Positions 1 through 11,168 are shown, numbered from the stretch's first letter. The stretch is 64,000 nucleotides of DNA from Terriglobia bacterium (GCA_963695545.1 OY968796.1:2784001-2848000); one strand, 5' to 3'. Notes: generated by a model not told the origin, from the sequence alone. Program-made: numbers and translations.

Positions 1-176
1 CGATCCCAGAGCCCGACCGGATTGGTGAGTTCGACCGTGCCTCGGCCAGCTGCTTTCTTCCGGCGAATCGGCTTCTTTTTGGAGGCTACCTTTTTTTTCG
101 GAGCGAGTTTCTTTCTAGGAGCCGGTTTTTTCTTGCCGGCAGATTTCTTCTTGCGCGGTGCTTTTCTTTTGGCCAT
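1..176 (-). CDS. Lys/Arg/Pro-rich basic (histone H1-like) protein, 3' end runs off the window
   Basis: Manual translation from ATG at 176: MAKRKAPRKKKSAGKKKPAPRKKLAPKKKVASKKKPIRRKKAAGRGTVELTNPVGLWD..., open to the edge; TGaTAGACT -10-like element 6 nt upstream. Confidence 0.65.
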   Translation of the reverse strand, partial: MAKRKAPRKKKSAGKKKPAPRKKLAPKKKVASKKKPIRRKKAAGRGTVELTNPVGLWD

Positions 177-448
177 GAGCGAAGTCTATCAAACGCTTCT
201 TGTCGCGACAACATGCGCCGAACGCGGCGTGCCCGGCGAGTTTTCCGGACGCCGCCATATTTTCGTGTCGAGCTCGCCCACTGTAGCACTGGCGACCCAC
301 GGGCGGCGGCGGGTCACCGGCGAAGGGCAGCGCCGCTAGGAGGAACGGCCCCGCCCTGCCGGTGATTCTTGCGGCGATCCAAGGCGTCCGCGGGTTGCGT
401 GCGTCGGGCGCGCGCCCGCGGACGAGCCATGGTTGGGGTGCTGCAAGC

Positions 449-3400
449 TCAAAAGGCGAACTTCAGGCCGAACTGCATTTGTCGCGGCGGGTTGGCGCCG
501 GTGATTTGGCCGAAAGTGCTGCCAGTTATGGTGGTGCTGGGGTTCGAGTAATTGACGTGGTTGAAGGCGTTGTACGCGTCCCATTGGAACGTGACGAGCA
601 TACTCTCTCGGATCGGGAAGTTCTTGCGCAGTGAGAGGTCCCACCCGTAATAGCCCGGTCCGAAGATGTTTCCGAGAGGCGCATTGCCCATCGAACCATC
701 TATTCCCGCTGACGAGAATATTGTCTCCGCGCCAACTTTTGAGGACACTTCGCCCGTCGAGAATGCGGCGGGATTGACGTAGCAGATCTTGGATGCTGGG
801 CACGTTCCGCTGCCGAATGAAGCACCGCCTTGAGCAACGCTGTCGACGAGCGCCGCGCCAGACACGAGTTCCGCCCTGTTGGTGAAAGTTGTGCCGCCGT
901 TCAGCAGAAGTCCGGCGGAGTTCACAAGCCCCGCCGAGCCCGTAGCTGTCAAGGCTTGGCCGGATTGGAACCGAGTGACGCCGCTCAGTGTCCAGTGGGA
1001 GAGGAACGCGCCCCCGACGCCCCTGAGATTTTTCAGGAAAGGTTCATTCAAGGTGTAGGCAGCGACAAACACCTGCGGGATATCGAGGGTCGTCGGCCCA
1101 TACCAGTATCTTATCCACGATTCCGTCGCGCCGTTTGCGGTGGTGCATGAGAAGGCGCATTCAGGATATAGGTTGTCGCCGAGGCCCGTGCCGGTGGAGA
1201 GAGTCTTAGACCAGGTATAGGCGAGTTGGAAACTCGAGTCGCCCTTGGTTTTGGTGGCGGAAACCTGCAAGGAGTTATAGTTGCTGATTCCGTCGCTCTG
1301 ATACACCCCCGGATCCGTGTAACCGAGGTAGGGGCGGATTGAATTGATGAAACCCGCTGGATCGGCCGCTGTCCCACCCGCGGTGGCGTTTGGTATTGCC
1401 AGAGCAGCGGCGAACGTCGGCACGTTGATGTCGGGTTCTCTCAGCTCGTGCCAACCGTGATCGCCGACATAGGCCGCTTGGAAGAATATGCCGTCGGGCA
1501 GTTGCCTCTGGATGCTGAGACTGTATTGTTGGTCTCGCGCGACCCTGAGATTGGGATTGATGCCGGTGGTACTGCCAATCGTTGGGGTGGCTCCGCTCGC
1601 CGGCAGCGCTCCCAAGTTTCCGGCCGTGTACGTTACGGACTGCACGAACGGCACCACGCCCGTGTTACCGAAGACGAGGTTGCCTTCCGGCTTGTCGTAG
1701 AAAACGCCCCAGCCGGCGCGCACAACGGTTTTGTCATTAATCGCCCAGGCGATGCCGACGCGCGGACCGAACAGGCCCTCGGGTGCGAAGAAGCCGCGAT
1801 ACCCCGACGCGCCGACGGTGGTCACGAACGAACTATCGCCGTTCGGCACGCGCACCAACTGATCGGTTGGCACGTTTCCCGTGCGCAGGACGCCGTCAAC
1901 GACGTAACCTCCGGTGGCACACGGGCCTGCTGCGGCCACGCTGTTGGGTGGTCCCGGGCAATCGAGGTTCAATCCCGTGCCCACCGAGGTCGGGACGTTC
2001 GTATTGGAATTGGGAACGGAAACCAAGCCTGGGATGTAAGCGGCCGGGTCAAAGAAGGCGAGGTTATTTGCCTGTGTGTACGTCGGCACCGTGTAATCCC
2101 AGCGCAGGCCGAGATCCAGGCTCAAGCTGTGGGTGACTTTCCATGAATCGGCGGCGTACGTGCCGAAGTCATTGAACCGGTAATGGCCAACCGGGTCGGC
2201 GGAAAGCTGCGTATACGAGTTGTAGTTCCCCAGCAACTGGTCGGCGAACTGATCGCCCGTGAAATTGGCATTGGCGGAACTGAAGCCCACGTTGCCTTCG
2301 GGCGATTGTTGCCGGGAATTCTGATCCTTGCGATTCCTGGCATAGAGAGCTCCGAAGCGGAACGTGTGATTCCGCCACGAGTATGTAAGGTTGTCCGTGG
2401 GAGAGACGTCGGAAGTCGGCGCGAGCAGGTAGTTGTATGGCCCGTAGATTTCCGCGGGGCAATTGTTTCCGGAGCAAGTTCCGCCGCTTGAAATCGTAGG
2501 AATCCCGGTCGGATAGGGCCCGACGTTGCCAAACGGCTCGATGTAATTCGCGCCGGCGCCGGTGTTGGTGAATCCGTATGTAGCTTCCTGCCACAGATTG
2601 CCGGTCACCGGAATGCGCTGCTTGTTCCACGCGACGGTCAACTTCGCTTCGTTAATCAGGTGGCTATTGGCCGTCCACACGTCGGCAAGCTGGAAGTCGT
2701 ACCCCGGGCGGTTGCGCAGCGAGGGCGACGTCGGAAGCGCCGAGCCGTGGCCGGGTCCGAATATGCCAAACGGATCCACTAGCAGTAGGTGATCGTGGAT
2801 CGACCGGAAGTATAGGCTGTGGTTTTGTGTCGGATGATAATCCGCGCGAACCACGTCCTCTTCCCAGTTCTGCGGAGTCGAAGGCGTGAAGCTTGCGTTG
2901 TTGGTTGTCGGAGTATTGGCGAAACTCGCGGCGGATAGCGGCGTTGCTCCCGGCGTATCAAGCATGCTGTAGACTTTCGCGATGGCCTGCCCGGCGCCCG
3001 TGATGCAGCTTGGATTGATGGCGTTTCCGGATCCCGTGGCGCTCGCGGTGAACACCGTGCCGCCGTTGTAGCTGCCGATGCAGCTATCGGCGACTGTGCC
3101 TTTGGCTTGCAGCGTTTCTCCGGTGTCAGCAAAGTTGCCCATTAGTTCCGAGGTGGTGGGCACCGTCAGCGTGATCGTGCCGTCCCCGGGGATCACCAGG
3201 CGCTTCGCTTCCATTCCGAAAAAGATGAACAGCTTATGTTTGATGACGGGTCCGCCGACGTCGCCGCCGAAATCGTTGAAACGGATCTCGGGAATCTTGG
3301 TCGTGGGCAAGTTGCCGGTGGAAACCTGCAGGGCGTTCCTGGCATCGAAGACGTTGTTGCGCACGTATTCAAACACGCCCCCGTGCCAGGCGTCTCCGCC

Positions 3401-4165
3401 GCTCTTTGTGACCACGTTGATCGACGCACCGTTGCTGCGGCCGAATTCCGCGTCATAGTTCGACGTCTGGATGTTCACTTCCTGAACGAAGTCGATACCG
3501 ACGTTGTTGACCTGCGAGGCGTTCGAACCTGAGTCCATGTTGTAGCCGCCATCCACGGTCCACAGATTGCCGTCGCCGCGCTGGCCGTTTATGACCGAGG
3601 GATTAAGACCCTGGCCGGTCGTGAACGCAGTTTGATCGAAGTTTCCTTGGCTGATCGGCGCGCCAGGGATCAGAGTGGAGAGCTGAACGTAGTTCCGTTC
3701 GTTCAATGACATGTTGCCCAAAGTCCGGGCGTCCACAGTGGACGATATTTCAGAGGACGTTTGATTGACGGTCTGGCCTGTGGCGGTCACTTGGATCGTC
3801 TCGGTGGCTTGGCCGATTTGCAGCGTTAGGTCCACGGTGACGTGGGCGCCCGCGACCAAATCGTTTCCCGATTTCGTCGTGACCTTAAATCCCTTTAGCG
3901 TCGCCGCCACGGTATAGGTACCCACCGGGAGCTGGGCGGCGACAAAGTATCCGTCCTCGTTGGCGGTCACCGAGCGGGTTAATCCGGTTTGCTCGTTTGT
4001 AATTTTGACGCTCGCGTCCGGCACGGCCGCGCCGGTCGAGTCGGTCACCGTACCGTTGATTGTGCCGAAAACGTCTTGCGCTTGGGAAACCCGCGCCGTG
4101 AAAGCGATAGCCAACGCGGCCAGCAAAGCCGTCAGCATCCAGGCTGACAAAACACGAAATCGCAC
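449..4165 (-). CDS. TonB-dependent receptor with N-terminal carboxypeptidase-regulatory-like domain (Oar-like)
   Basis: Signal peptide, GTINGTVTDSTGAAVP domain, plug motif AEFGR..GASINVVTKSG, C-terminal RQMQFGLKFAF; GTG at 4165 follows an AAGGAGG SD. Confidence 0.92.
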   Translation of the reverse strand: MRFRVLSAWMLTALLAALAIAFTARVSQAQDVFGTINGTVTDSTGAAVPDASVKITNEQTGLTRSVTANEDGYFVAAQLPVGTYTVAATLKGFKVTTKSGNDLVAGAHVTVDLTLQIGQATETIQVTATGQTVNQTSSEISSTVDARTLGNMSLNERNYVQLSTLIPGAPISQGNFDQTAFTTGQGLNPSVINGQRGDGNLWTVDGGYNMDSGSNASQVNNVGIDFVQEVNIQTSNYDAEFGRSNGASINVVTKSGGDAWHGGVFEYVRNNVFDARNALQVSTGNLPTTKIPEIRFNDFGGDVGGPVIKHKLFIFFGMEAKRLVIPGDGTITLTVPTTSELMGNFADTGETLQAKGTVADSCIGSYNGGTVFTASATGSGNAINPSCITGAGQAIAKVYSMLDTPGATPLSAASFANTPTTNNASFTPSTPQNWEEDVVRADYHPTQNHSLYFRSIHDHLLLVDPFGIFGPGHGSALPTSPSLRNRPGYDFQLADVWTANSHLINEAKLTVAWNKQRIPVTGNLWQEATYGFTNTGAGANYIEPFGNVGPYPTGIPTISSGGTCSGNNCPAEIYGPYNYLLAPTSDVSPTDNLTYSWRNHTFRFGALYARNRKDQNSRQQSPEGNVGFSSANANFTGDQFADQLLGNYNSYTQLSADPVGHYRFNDFGTYAADSWKVTHSLSLDLGLRWDYTVPTYTQANNLAFFDPAAYIPGLVSVPNSNTNVPTSVGTGLNLDCPGPPNSVAAAGPCATGGYVVDGVLRTGNVPTDQLVRVPNGDSSFVTTVGASGYRGFFAPEGLFGPRVGIAWAINDKTVVRAGWGVFYDKPEGNLVFGNTGVVPFVQSVTYTAGNLGALPASGATPTIGSTTGINPNLRVARDQQYSLSIQRQLPDGIFFQAAYVGDHGWHELREPDINVPTFAAALAIPNATAGGTAADPAGFINSIRPYLGYTDPGVYQSDGISNYNSLQVSATKTKGDSSFQLAYTWSKTLSTGTGLGDNLYPECAFSCTTANGATESWIRYWYGPTTLDIPQVFVAAYTLNEPFLKNLRGVGGAFLSHWTLSGVTRFQSGQALTATGSAGLVNSAGLLLNGGTTFTNRAELVSGAALVDSVAQGGASFGSGTCPASKICYVNPAAFSTGEVSSKVGAETIFSSAGIDGSMGNAPLGNIFGPGYYGWDLSLRKNFPIRESMLVTFQWDAYNAFNHVNYSNPSTTITGSTFGQITGANPPRQMQFGLKFAF

Positions 4166-4327
4166 AGTTGCCTCCTTGTTAGCGAATTCCAAAAGCTCGA
4201 TCCACCCCGTGAATCCAGACGCCCGTGGGAATGCGCCGGGCGCTTGGATCCGATCAAACGGAACCGCACTCTCTGGAACCCATGAGAAATATCGATTTGT
4301 CTAAACACCCCGAACCACTTGGCCAGG

Positions 4328-4356
4328 TGTTAATCCAAGTGCATAGGATCTGTCAA
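4328..4356 (-). promoter_or_regulatory. Candidate sigma70 promoter of the TonB receptor
   Basis: Minus strand TTGACA-17 bp-TTAACA; the -10 is weak. Confidence 0.35.
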
Positions 4357-4837
4357 TCGGCAACATCGATTTTCTATTGCTCTTTTGACACGGCTGGGCG
4401 AATACCGGCCTAGCAGCCGCGAAGAGCGACGCCGCGGCTCTCGGCGCGAGCCCGAATTCGCTACGAACCTTCTGCCACTCTACGATTTCGGTTCGTCCCA
4501 TGCCCTCCGCCCCGGTTGCGCCTTTCTGACAGTTTCAGGCGGCGGACGGAAGTTAGTTAACGGTGAATTCACGGTTAAGAGTTCAAGATGTGAAATCAAT
4601 GTGGGACGTGCAACTCCTTAGGGTTGAGCAATTTACGTCGTACCGCTGCTGCCCCCCGTCGTCCCCAGCCGGTCCTATCACTTTGCCCGCCGGATGTAGT
4701 CCCCTCCGAGCCTCCGTACAAAAACCGTGCGTCTATGGACAGACTCGAAGGCGGCTTGGCGTTAAACGTTGCACTAAATTGCGCTATACTCACGCCAACT
4801 TGCGGACGTCGGGGTACGTTCGCGAAATCCTTCCGGG

Positions 4838-6460
4838 GTGGAACTTGTGGAATCGACAATTGCCAAGTTCGAGGCAGAACGCGCTGAATTGGATTCGCTC
4901 CTCGGCTCGGAGACGTTCGGTCGCGTTAGCAATCTGGCCAAAATTCTGAGCTTCATTTGCGATAAGTATTTTCAGGGAGCCACGGACGAACTGAAGGAAT
5001 ACGACATCGCGGTTCACGCCCTCGGACGTTCCAAGGATTTCGATCCTCAGATCGACACGATCGTACGAGTGACTGCTTACGCTCTTCGCAAACGACTGGA
5101 ACAGTACTATCGCACAGAGGGCGCGGACCATCCGGTCCAGATCTGTTTGCCTCCCGGCCGGTATGTCCCCAAGTTTGTACGCAGGACTGAGCTGTCGGCG
5201 GAAAAATTCCAACTCGAGTCTCGCGATGGAGCGGAGGTGGCCGACGGCAACGCGGCACCCGCATTTTCCACTTCGGCCTCGGAGTTTCAGCGAGCTCGGT
5301 TGGACAGTGAATTGAAAGTGATCGAGAAGGCCACTCAGGAGAGACCGGAGTCGGTCGCCTCTCGGCCGCGTCTCGTGTCAGATCGCCGATTCCGAATCTG
5401 GACCGCGCTTGCTGTGGCCTTGTTCAGTACGTCTGCGATCGTCGCCGTGGCGTTCTTCGCGTGGAAGCGCCCGCATATCGCGGGATTCGGAGCCGAATCG
5501 GCAGAGTTGTCTCCCCCTCTTCCGGTCGATGCCTCCGGAAACTCCGTCCGCGCCCTCGTAGGAGACGGCCGGGCGCCCTACGTGGATCGTGCCGGACAAT
5601 CCTGGAGCAGCGATTCTTCGTGCTCCGGCGGAACCACTTTCTCGGTTCCCGCCCGCGCGATTCAAGGAACGCGGGATCCGCAATTGTTTCTCGGCGGACG
5701 CAGCGGCCAGTTCCATTGCGCGTTTTCCCTCCCTGCGGGGATCTATGAAGTGCACCTCTTGTTCGCCGAGACCACCGGGCTTCAGGAGACCTCGCGCACC
5801 GTCGTTTACTCTTTAAACGGAGCGCCCTCGACAGAATTGGACGTTGTGGATGACACGGGTGGCGATGACATTGAGACTGAGAAGGTATTTGTTGACGTTC
5901 ATCCCGAACAGGATGGCAAAATCCATCTTGATTTCCCGTCTCCCGAGTCCTATCTGAACGCCATCGAAATTCTGCCCGGAATCCCGAAGCGCATGCTGCC
6001 GGTGAGAATCTATGCGGGAGAGGCTCCGTATCGCGGTTCCGACGGCCAGATTTGGCTCCCCAATCGATATTTCTTTGGCGGCCGGCCCAGCCATCTTGAG
6101 GTGGTGGATGCGGCCGGCGCCCCGGACGGCGCCCTTTTCTCGTCCCAATGGATCGGACACTTTCATTACGTGATCCCTGTCGCCCCGGGAGAGAAATACA
6201 CCGTGAAGCTTCATTTTCTGGAATCTTGGTTCGGCGGCCAACGCGGGGTTGACGGCGGAGCAGGCAGCAGGGTTTTCGACGTTTGGTGCAACGGAACCGT
6301 GATTTTGAACCATTTCGATATCTTCCGAGAATCGGGCACCGCGCCGCTGACGAAGACCTTTCAGCATATCGAGCCCACCGGACAGGACAAGATCCAGCTC
6401 GATTTCATGCCCGAGCGCAACTACCCGTCACTGAATGCCATCGAAGTCATTCCGGAGTAG
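4838..6460 (+). CDS. Membrane-anchored putative regulator: N-terminal HTH-like domain, one TM helix, two malectin-like domains
   Basis: KEYDIAVHALGR..FDPQIDTIVRV..LRKRL..YY N-terminus; TM segment IWTALAVALFSTSAIVAVAFFAW; two copies of YEVHLLFAE/YTVKLHFLE...LNAIE malectin pattern. Confidence 0.8.
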   Translation: MELVESTIAKFEAERAELDSLLGSETFGRVSNLAKILSFICDKYFQGATDELKEYDIAVHALGRSKDFDPQIDTIVRVTAYALRKRLEQYYRTEGADHPVQICLPPGRYVPKFVRRTELSAEKFQLESRDGAEVADGNAAPAFSTSASEFQRARLDSELKVIEKATQERPESVASRPRLVSDRRFRIWTALAVALFSTSAIVAVAFFAWKRPHIAGFGAESAELSPPLPVDASGNSVRALVGDGRAPYVDRAGQSWSSDSSCSGGTTFSVPARAIQGTRDPQLFLGGRSGQFHCAFSLPAGIYEVHLLFAETTGLQETSRTVVYSLNGAPSTELDVVDDTGGDDIETEKVFVDVHPEQDGKIHLDFPSPESYLNAIEILPGIPKRMLPVRIYAGEAPYRGSDGQIWLPNRYFFGGRPSHLEVVDAAGAPDGALFSSQWIGHFHYVIPVAPGEKYTVKLHFLESWFGGQRGVDGGAGSRVFDVWCNGTVILNHFDIFRESGTAPLTKTFQHIEPTGQDKIQLDFMPERNYPSLNAIEVIPE

Positions 6461-6637
6461 ATAGCGCCGCGCTTCGACGCGGAGTTTTGGCGCTCAACTG
6501 AGGCGGACGGTGCGCGAATCGGCCCATGCCCTCGTGAGCACACGTTCGAGAATCTGCAAGCCGCCTACTTCGCGTCTGCATGGATCACCACGCTTAGTGG
6601 ACGTTTGATTTTAACTGTGGGGCTTCGCTCCCTGCAC

Positions 6638-6649
6638 AATAACGTTATT
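6638..6649. promoter_or_regulatory. Candidate LacI-family operator
   Basis: Perfect palindrome AATAACGTTATT with central CG, about 180 bp upstream of the LacI gene. Confidence 0.35.
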
Positions 6650-6826
6650 TCTGAGCGCAATGGGGGCGATCCCTCGCGGCCCGTGCGTTCTGGGCGCGTC
6701 TGCGATAGACTACCCGGGCTTTTCGAGTAAGCGTCACGACCCCGTCCGGCGGCGCGGGAGCGACCGTCATCGCGGATCTGTTTGGTGCCGCATGCCCGCA
6801 TTTTCTGAAATTGAGGACATCGCTGA

Positions 6827-7876
6827 ATGAAGCCGCGCGCGAAAACCGCCAGCATTCGAAAACACTCCCCGGTCACTCTCAAGGTCGTCGCCGAGCAAGT
6901 CGGCTTCACGCCGGGAACCGTTTCCGCGGTTTTGAACAATTCGGCCGCGGCCCGCTCTTTCCCGCAGCAGACCAAGAATCGCATTCTGGCTGCCGCGCGC
7001 GAACTCAATTACCGGCCCAATTTTCTGGCGCGTTCACTGCGCGTGAAGCGCACTTACACCATCGGCGTGATTACCGAGGAAATCGGCGATGCGTACGGCG
7101 CGATGGTTATCGGCGGAATCGAGCGGCATTTGGGACAGCACGGATATTTATTCCTGACCGTGGCACACCGGCACGATGCCAAGCTGCTCGACACGTACGC
7201 GCACCTTCTTCTGCAGCGCGGCGTCGAGGGCCTAATCACCGTGGACACGTCGATCGAGCAGGAATTGCCGCTGCCCATTATCGCCGTTGCCGGGCACCGC
7301 CGCGCGAAAGGCGTCACGAATCTTGTGCTCGATCATCACGCTGCCGCGCTGATGGCTCTGAAGCATTTGCAGGAACTCGGGCACACGGAGATTGCGTTTA
7401 TGCAGGGACCGAAGGTTAGCTCGGATACCGAAGACCGCTGGAAGGCTATCGTCGAAGTCAGCCGCAAGCTCGGCATCGCCGTCCGGCAGGCGTTGATCGT
7501 ACGCCTGAAAAACGAATCGGCGGCTCCGCATCTGGGCTACCCATCTGCGAAGCAACTGCTCTCTCGCGGCAAGCGATTCACTGCGCTCTTCGCTTACAAC
7601 GACAATTCCGCGATTGGCGCGATTCGGGCGTTCCAGGATGCGGGCCTGCGCGTCCCAGAGGATATCTCCGTCGTGGGCTTCGACGATATCGAGAGCGCGG
7701 CGTACGGCAATCCGAGCGTGACGACCGTGCGCCAGCCACTTCACAAAATGGGCGACCTTGCGGCGCGCACGCTGCTCGACCGCATCGAGAAGCGCGGCAC
7801 ATTCCTTTCCGAAATCACGGTCGAGCCGGAATTTGTGGTGCGCCAATCGACGGCTCGCGCGCCTTCCGCTAAGTAA
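6827..7876 (+). CDS. LacI-family transcriptional regulator
   Basis: [36 protein letters not shown] hinge, [12 protein letters not shown] and TTVRQP sugar-binding domain motifs. Confidence 0.95.
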   Translation: MKPRAKTASIRKHSPVTLKVVAEQVGFTPGTVSAVLNNSAAARSFPQQTKNRILAAARELNYRPNFLARSLRVKRTYTIGVITEEIGDAYGAMVIGGIERHLGQHGYLFLTVAHRHDAKLLDTYAHLLLQRGVEGLITVDTSIEQELPLPIIAVAGHRRAKGVTNLVLDHHAAALMALKHLQELGHTEIAFMQGPKVSSDTEDRWKAIVEVSRKLGIAVRQALIVRLKNESAAPHLGYPSAKQLLSRGKRFTALFAYNDNSAIGAIRAFQDAGLRVPEDISVVGFDDIESAAYGNPSVTTVRQPLHKMGDLAARTLLDRIEKRGTFLSEITVEPEFVVRQSTARAPSAK

Positions 7877-7942
7877 AGCGCGAAGGGGTTCCGCTGGCCG
7901 CAATTCGCGGAGTCCGAAATTTTCGCCTGGCATGGTTCCCTG

Positions 7943-9139
7943 ATGACCGCCATCGAGTCTCGCAGTGCCACTCACGCCGTCTCTCTCCGCCGCGATTTTT
8001 CGAGCGGGGCGGCGAATGTTGTGGTGCATGCGGGTTTCGTCGTCTCCGGCGTCGTCACGATTCTACTCGGCCCGATTCTGCCCATCTTGATCGCGCGGTG
8101 GGCGCTGAGCGACGAGCGCGCCGGTTTATTTTTCACCGTGCAGTTTGTAGGCAATCTGATGGGAGTCGCTTCCCTGGGCGCGCTGCTTTCCCGCCGTGGC
8201 TACGGGACGACGCTCATCGCCGGTTACGTTCTGATGGCGCTGGGCGTCGCGGGTCTCGCGCTTCGCAGTGAAGACCTCGGCTTGCTCGCGACCGCGATGT
8301 TCGGCTACGGCCTCGGCCTGGTTCTCTCTGCGTCGAACTTGTGGGTTGCCGAGGTTGCCGGCGCGCGACGCGCCGCTGCAGTGAGCATTCTGAATGTGGT
8401 CTGGGGCATCGGAGCGATCGCGTGTGCGCCGCTTGTGATGTTTGCCTACAGGGCCCACAGGCTTTCGCCGCTTCTCTATTGTGTCTCGGCATTGTCGATT
8501 CTGGTTGCGCTCGCGCTGGCATCGATGGACATCGAACCTCCCTCGCGAAAAAGCGCGGATCCCGCTGCGCCCGCGCCCCACGTCGGCAAGCGAACTGCCC
8601 TGGCGTTAGGCTGCCTTTTTTTTCTGTATGTTGGTACCGAGAATTCCATCGGCGGCTGGGGCGCTGCGTTTGCCAAGCGCGTTGGCGGCGGCAGCGGCAA
8701 TGTGTGGGAGCTCGCGCCGATGTTTTTCTGGGTCGGATTAATTGCCGGGAGATCGCTGGTGTCTGTGACTCTTCCTCGAATCAGCGAGAAGGCCTTTGTC
8801 GTTGGAGGATTGATCGTCGCCGGACTCGGCAACGCGGCGCTGCTCGGGGTTTCGGGATTTCGCGCCGCTCTAGCCTGCCTGATTGTCACCGGCGCTGGAT
8901 TGGCGGCGGTTTATCCGTCGCTCATCGCCTCGATGGTCGGATACTACGGCACGCGCTCCAGACGCACGGGCAACATTTTGTTTGCGCTGGCGTCGTGCGG
9001 CGGCGCGTCGATGCCGTGGCTCGTCGGCTTTATCTCGACCCACGCCGCCAGTCTTCGCGCGGGCCTATTCGCGCCGCTGGTCGCGTGTGCAATGATGCTG
9101 GGCCTGCAGTTCGTATTGCCGGCGCCGGCTCCGATATGA
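7943..9139 (+). CDS. MFS transporter (FucP/TsgA-like, probably sugar)
   Basis: About 12 hydrophobic segments, LFFLYVGTE motif, position between LacI and GH2. Confidence 0.85.
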   Translation: MTAIESRSATHAVSLRRDFSSGAANVVVHAGFVVSGVVTILLGPILPILIARWALSDERAGLFFTVQFVGNLMGVASLGALLSRRGYGTTLIAGYVLMALGVAGLALRSEDLGLLATAMFGYGLGLVLSASNLWVAEVAGARRAAAVSILNVVWGIGAIACAPLVMFAYRAHRLSPLLYCVSALSILVALALASMDIEPPSRKSADPAAPAPHVGKRTALALGCLFFLYVGTENSIGGWGAAFAKRVGGGSGNVWELAPMFFWVGLIAGRSLVSVTLPRISEKAFVVGGLIVAGLGNAALLGVSGFRAALACLIVTGAGLAAVYPSLIASMVGYYGTRSRRTGNILFALASCGGASMPWLVGFISTHAASLRAGLFAPLVACAMMLGLQFVLPAPAPI

Positions 9140-9188
9140 AATTTCGCTGACGCGCGCTGCCGGCTGCCGCCGTGTCGATCTCGAGAAT

Positions 9189-11057
9189 ATGCACATGAGG
9201 ATTGCGATGAATAGAACCGTACGTATCGCTGTGATCTGCGCCGTAATTGCCGTTTGCGCGTGCGGGATTTCAAGCTTCGCTTCCACGGCCACGGCTCCGT
9301 CGAACGTGATCGCCAACGTCTCGGCCCGTACAACGATAAGCCTCGATGGAACTTGGAATGCAATCGTCGACCCGATGGGAACCGGCGCGGGCGGCGCGAT
9401 GTGTAAGAACGCCAAGCCCAAAGACTCGCGCGACCTCGTCGAATACGATTTCGACACGGCCGGAACCTTGAAAGTTCCGGGCGATTGGAACACCCAGCGC
9501 GACAACTTGATGTTCTACGAAGGCTCGGTCTGGTACGAGAAATCCTTTTCCTACAAGATGCGCGAGCACACGCGGGTCTTCGCCTATTTCGGCGCGGCCA
9601 ATTACCGCGCGTCGGTCTGCGTGAACGGCGAAAAGGTCGGCGAACATCAGGGCGGATTCACGCCGTTTAATTTCGAGGTCACCAGTAATCTTCACGACGG
9701 CGAGAATTTCATCGTGGTCGAGGTCAACGATCAGCGCGCCGCGAACGGCGTTCCCGGCCCTTCGACCGATTTTTGGAATTATGGCGGCTTGACGCGCGGC
9801 GTTTCGCTCGTAGAAGTGCCCGACGCGTTCATTCAGGATTACTTCGTCCAATTGGCGAAGGGTTCCCAAAGCGAAATCTCCGGCTGGGTGAAATTGAACG
9901 GCGCCGCGGGCACTGCGCAGCAGGTTACGCTCGAAATTCCCGATGCGGGGATCAAGCAAGTCGTCACCACGGATGCTGAAGGCTACGGAGAATTCCATTT
10001 CTCCGCGAAGCTCGACCTTTGGTCGCCCGAGCATCCGAAACTCTACGAAGTAAAGCTCTCGACGAGCGGCGATTCCGTGACCGACCAAATCGGGTTCCGC
10101 ACCATCGAAACGAGTGGGACGCAAATTCTGCTCAACGGGAAACCGATTTTCCTCCGTGGCGTTTCCATGCACGAGGAAGCCCCGTTCAAAGGCGGCAGGA
10201 TTTTTACGCCGGAAGACGACGCGATTCTTCTCGGATGGGCTAAGGAACTCGGCTGCAATTACGTGCGCATGGCCCACTATCCATACAACGAAGCCATGAA
10301 TCGCCTGGCGGATAAAATGGGAATTCTCGTTTGGTCCGAGATTCCCGTTTGGCAGCGCGTGGCGTTTGACGACCCCGCAACGCTCGAGAACGCCGAAGAT
10401 CAGTTGCGCGACATGATCGCCCGCGACCACAATCGCGCCTCTGTGATTTTCTGGTCCGTCTCGAACGAAACTCCGGTCACACCGGAGCGCCTCGTGTTTC
10501 TGAAAACGCTCATTGATGATGCGCGAGCCGAAGATCCGACGCGTTTGATCACTTCAGCCACCAATCACGCGATCTTCACGCCGCCCGACACGATGTCCGT
10601 GCCCGATCCGCTGGCCGATTTTCTCGACGTCGTCGGCGTGAACGAATACATCGGCTGGTATGCCACTTCAACGGCCGAGGGCCCAGGCCATCAGCAGATG
10701 ATGACCCCTGAGGATTGTGATCACTTGCATTGGAACTTGCCGCCCAACAAGCTAATCATCATCAGCGAATTCGGCGCCGAAGCGCCGTACGGCAATCACG
10801 GCGATGCCGCCACGCGCTGGACCGAGGAGTTTCAGGCGAATTTCTTCGTGCATCAACTCGCCATGCTCAATCGCATTCCGTCGCTTGCGGGAATGTCTCC
10901 CTGGGTGCTGATGGATTTTCGTTCCCCGCGCCGTTATCTCGCGGGAATTCAGGATTTCCATAATCGAAAGGGACTTATTTCCGATCGCGGCCAGCGCAAA
11001 GAGGCGTTCTACGTTTTGCAGAAGTTCTACCAGCAGAAGGCGCAAAGCCCCAACTGA
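9189..11057 (+). CDS. GH2 glycoside hydrolase (beta-glucuronidase-like), secreted
   Basis: Signal peptide; HQGGFTPF, DFWNYGG, RMAHYP, WSVSNE (acid/base), ISEFGA (nucleophile), NRKG; start may be 9195 or 9207. Confidence 0.92.
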   Translation: MHMRIAMNRTVRIAVICAVIAVCACGISSFASTATAPSNVIANVSARTTISLDGTWNAIVDPMGTGAGGAMCKNAKPKDSRDLVEYDFDTAGTLKVPGDWNTQRDNLMFYEGSVWYEKSFSYKMREHTRVFAYFGAANYRASVCVNGEKVGEHQGGFTPFNFEVTSNLHDGENFIVVEVNDQRAANGVPGPSTDFWNYGGLTRGVSLVEVPDAFIQDYFVQLAKGSQSEISGWVKLNGAAGTAQQVTLEIPDAGIKQVVTTDAEGYGEFHFSAKLDLWSPEHPKLYEVKLSTSGDSVTDQIGFRTIETSGTQILLNGKPIFLRGVSMHEEAPFKGGRIFTPEDDAILLGWAKELGCNYVRMAHYPYNEAMNRLADKMGILVWSEIPVWQRVAFDDPATLENAEDQLRDMIARDHNRASVIFWSVSNETPVTPERLVFLKTLIDDARAEDPTRLITSATNHAIFTPPDTMSVPDPLADFLDVVGVNEYIGWYATSTAEGPGHQQMMTPEDCDHLHWNLPPNKLIIISEFGAEAPYGNHGDAATRWTEEFQANFFVHQLAMLNRIPSLAGMSPWVLMDFRSPRRYLAGIQDFHNRKGLISDRGQRKEAFYVLQKFYQQKAQSPN

Positions 11058-11168
11058 CGGTTTTGTCGGTCGCGAAATTCGCAAGGCCCCGGCGGGCTTC
11101 ACGCCCTGGCGTTTTTTTGATCGTATTTCTGCGCAATAATAATGTTGGCTAGCTCGAGGAGGTTTCCC

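Noticed and set aside
91..98. Phase-variable homopolymer (T8)
   Set aside because: Explained by consecutive Lys codons on the minus strand; the frame is intact.
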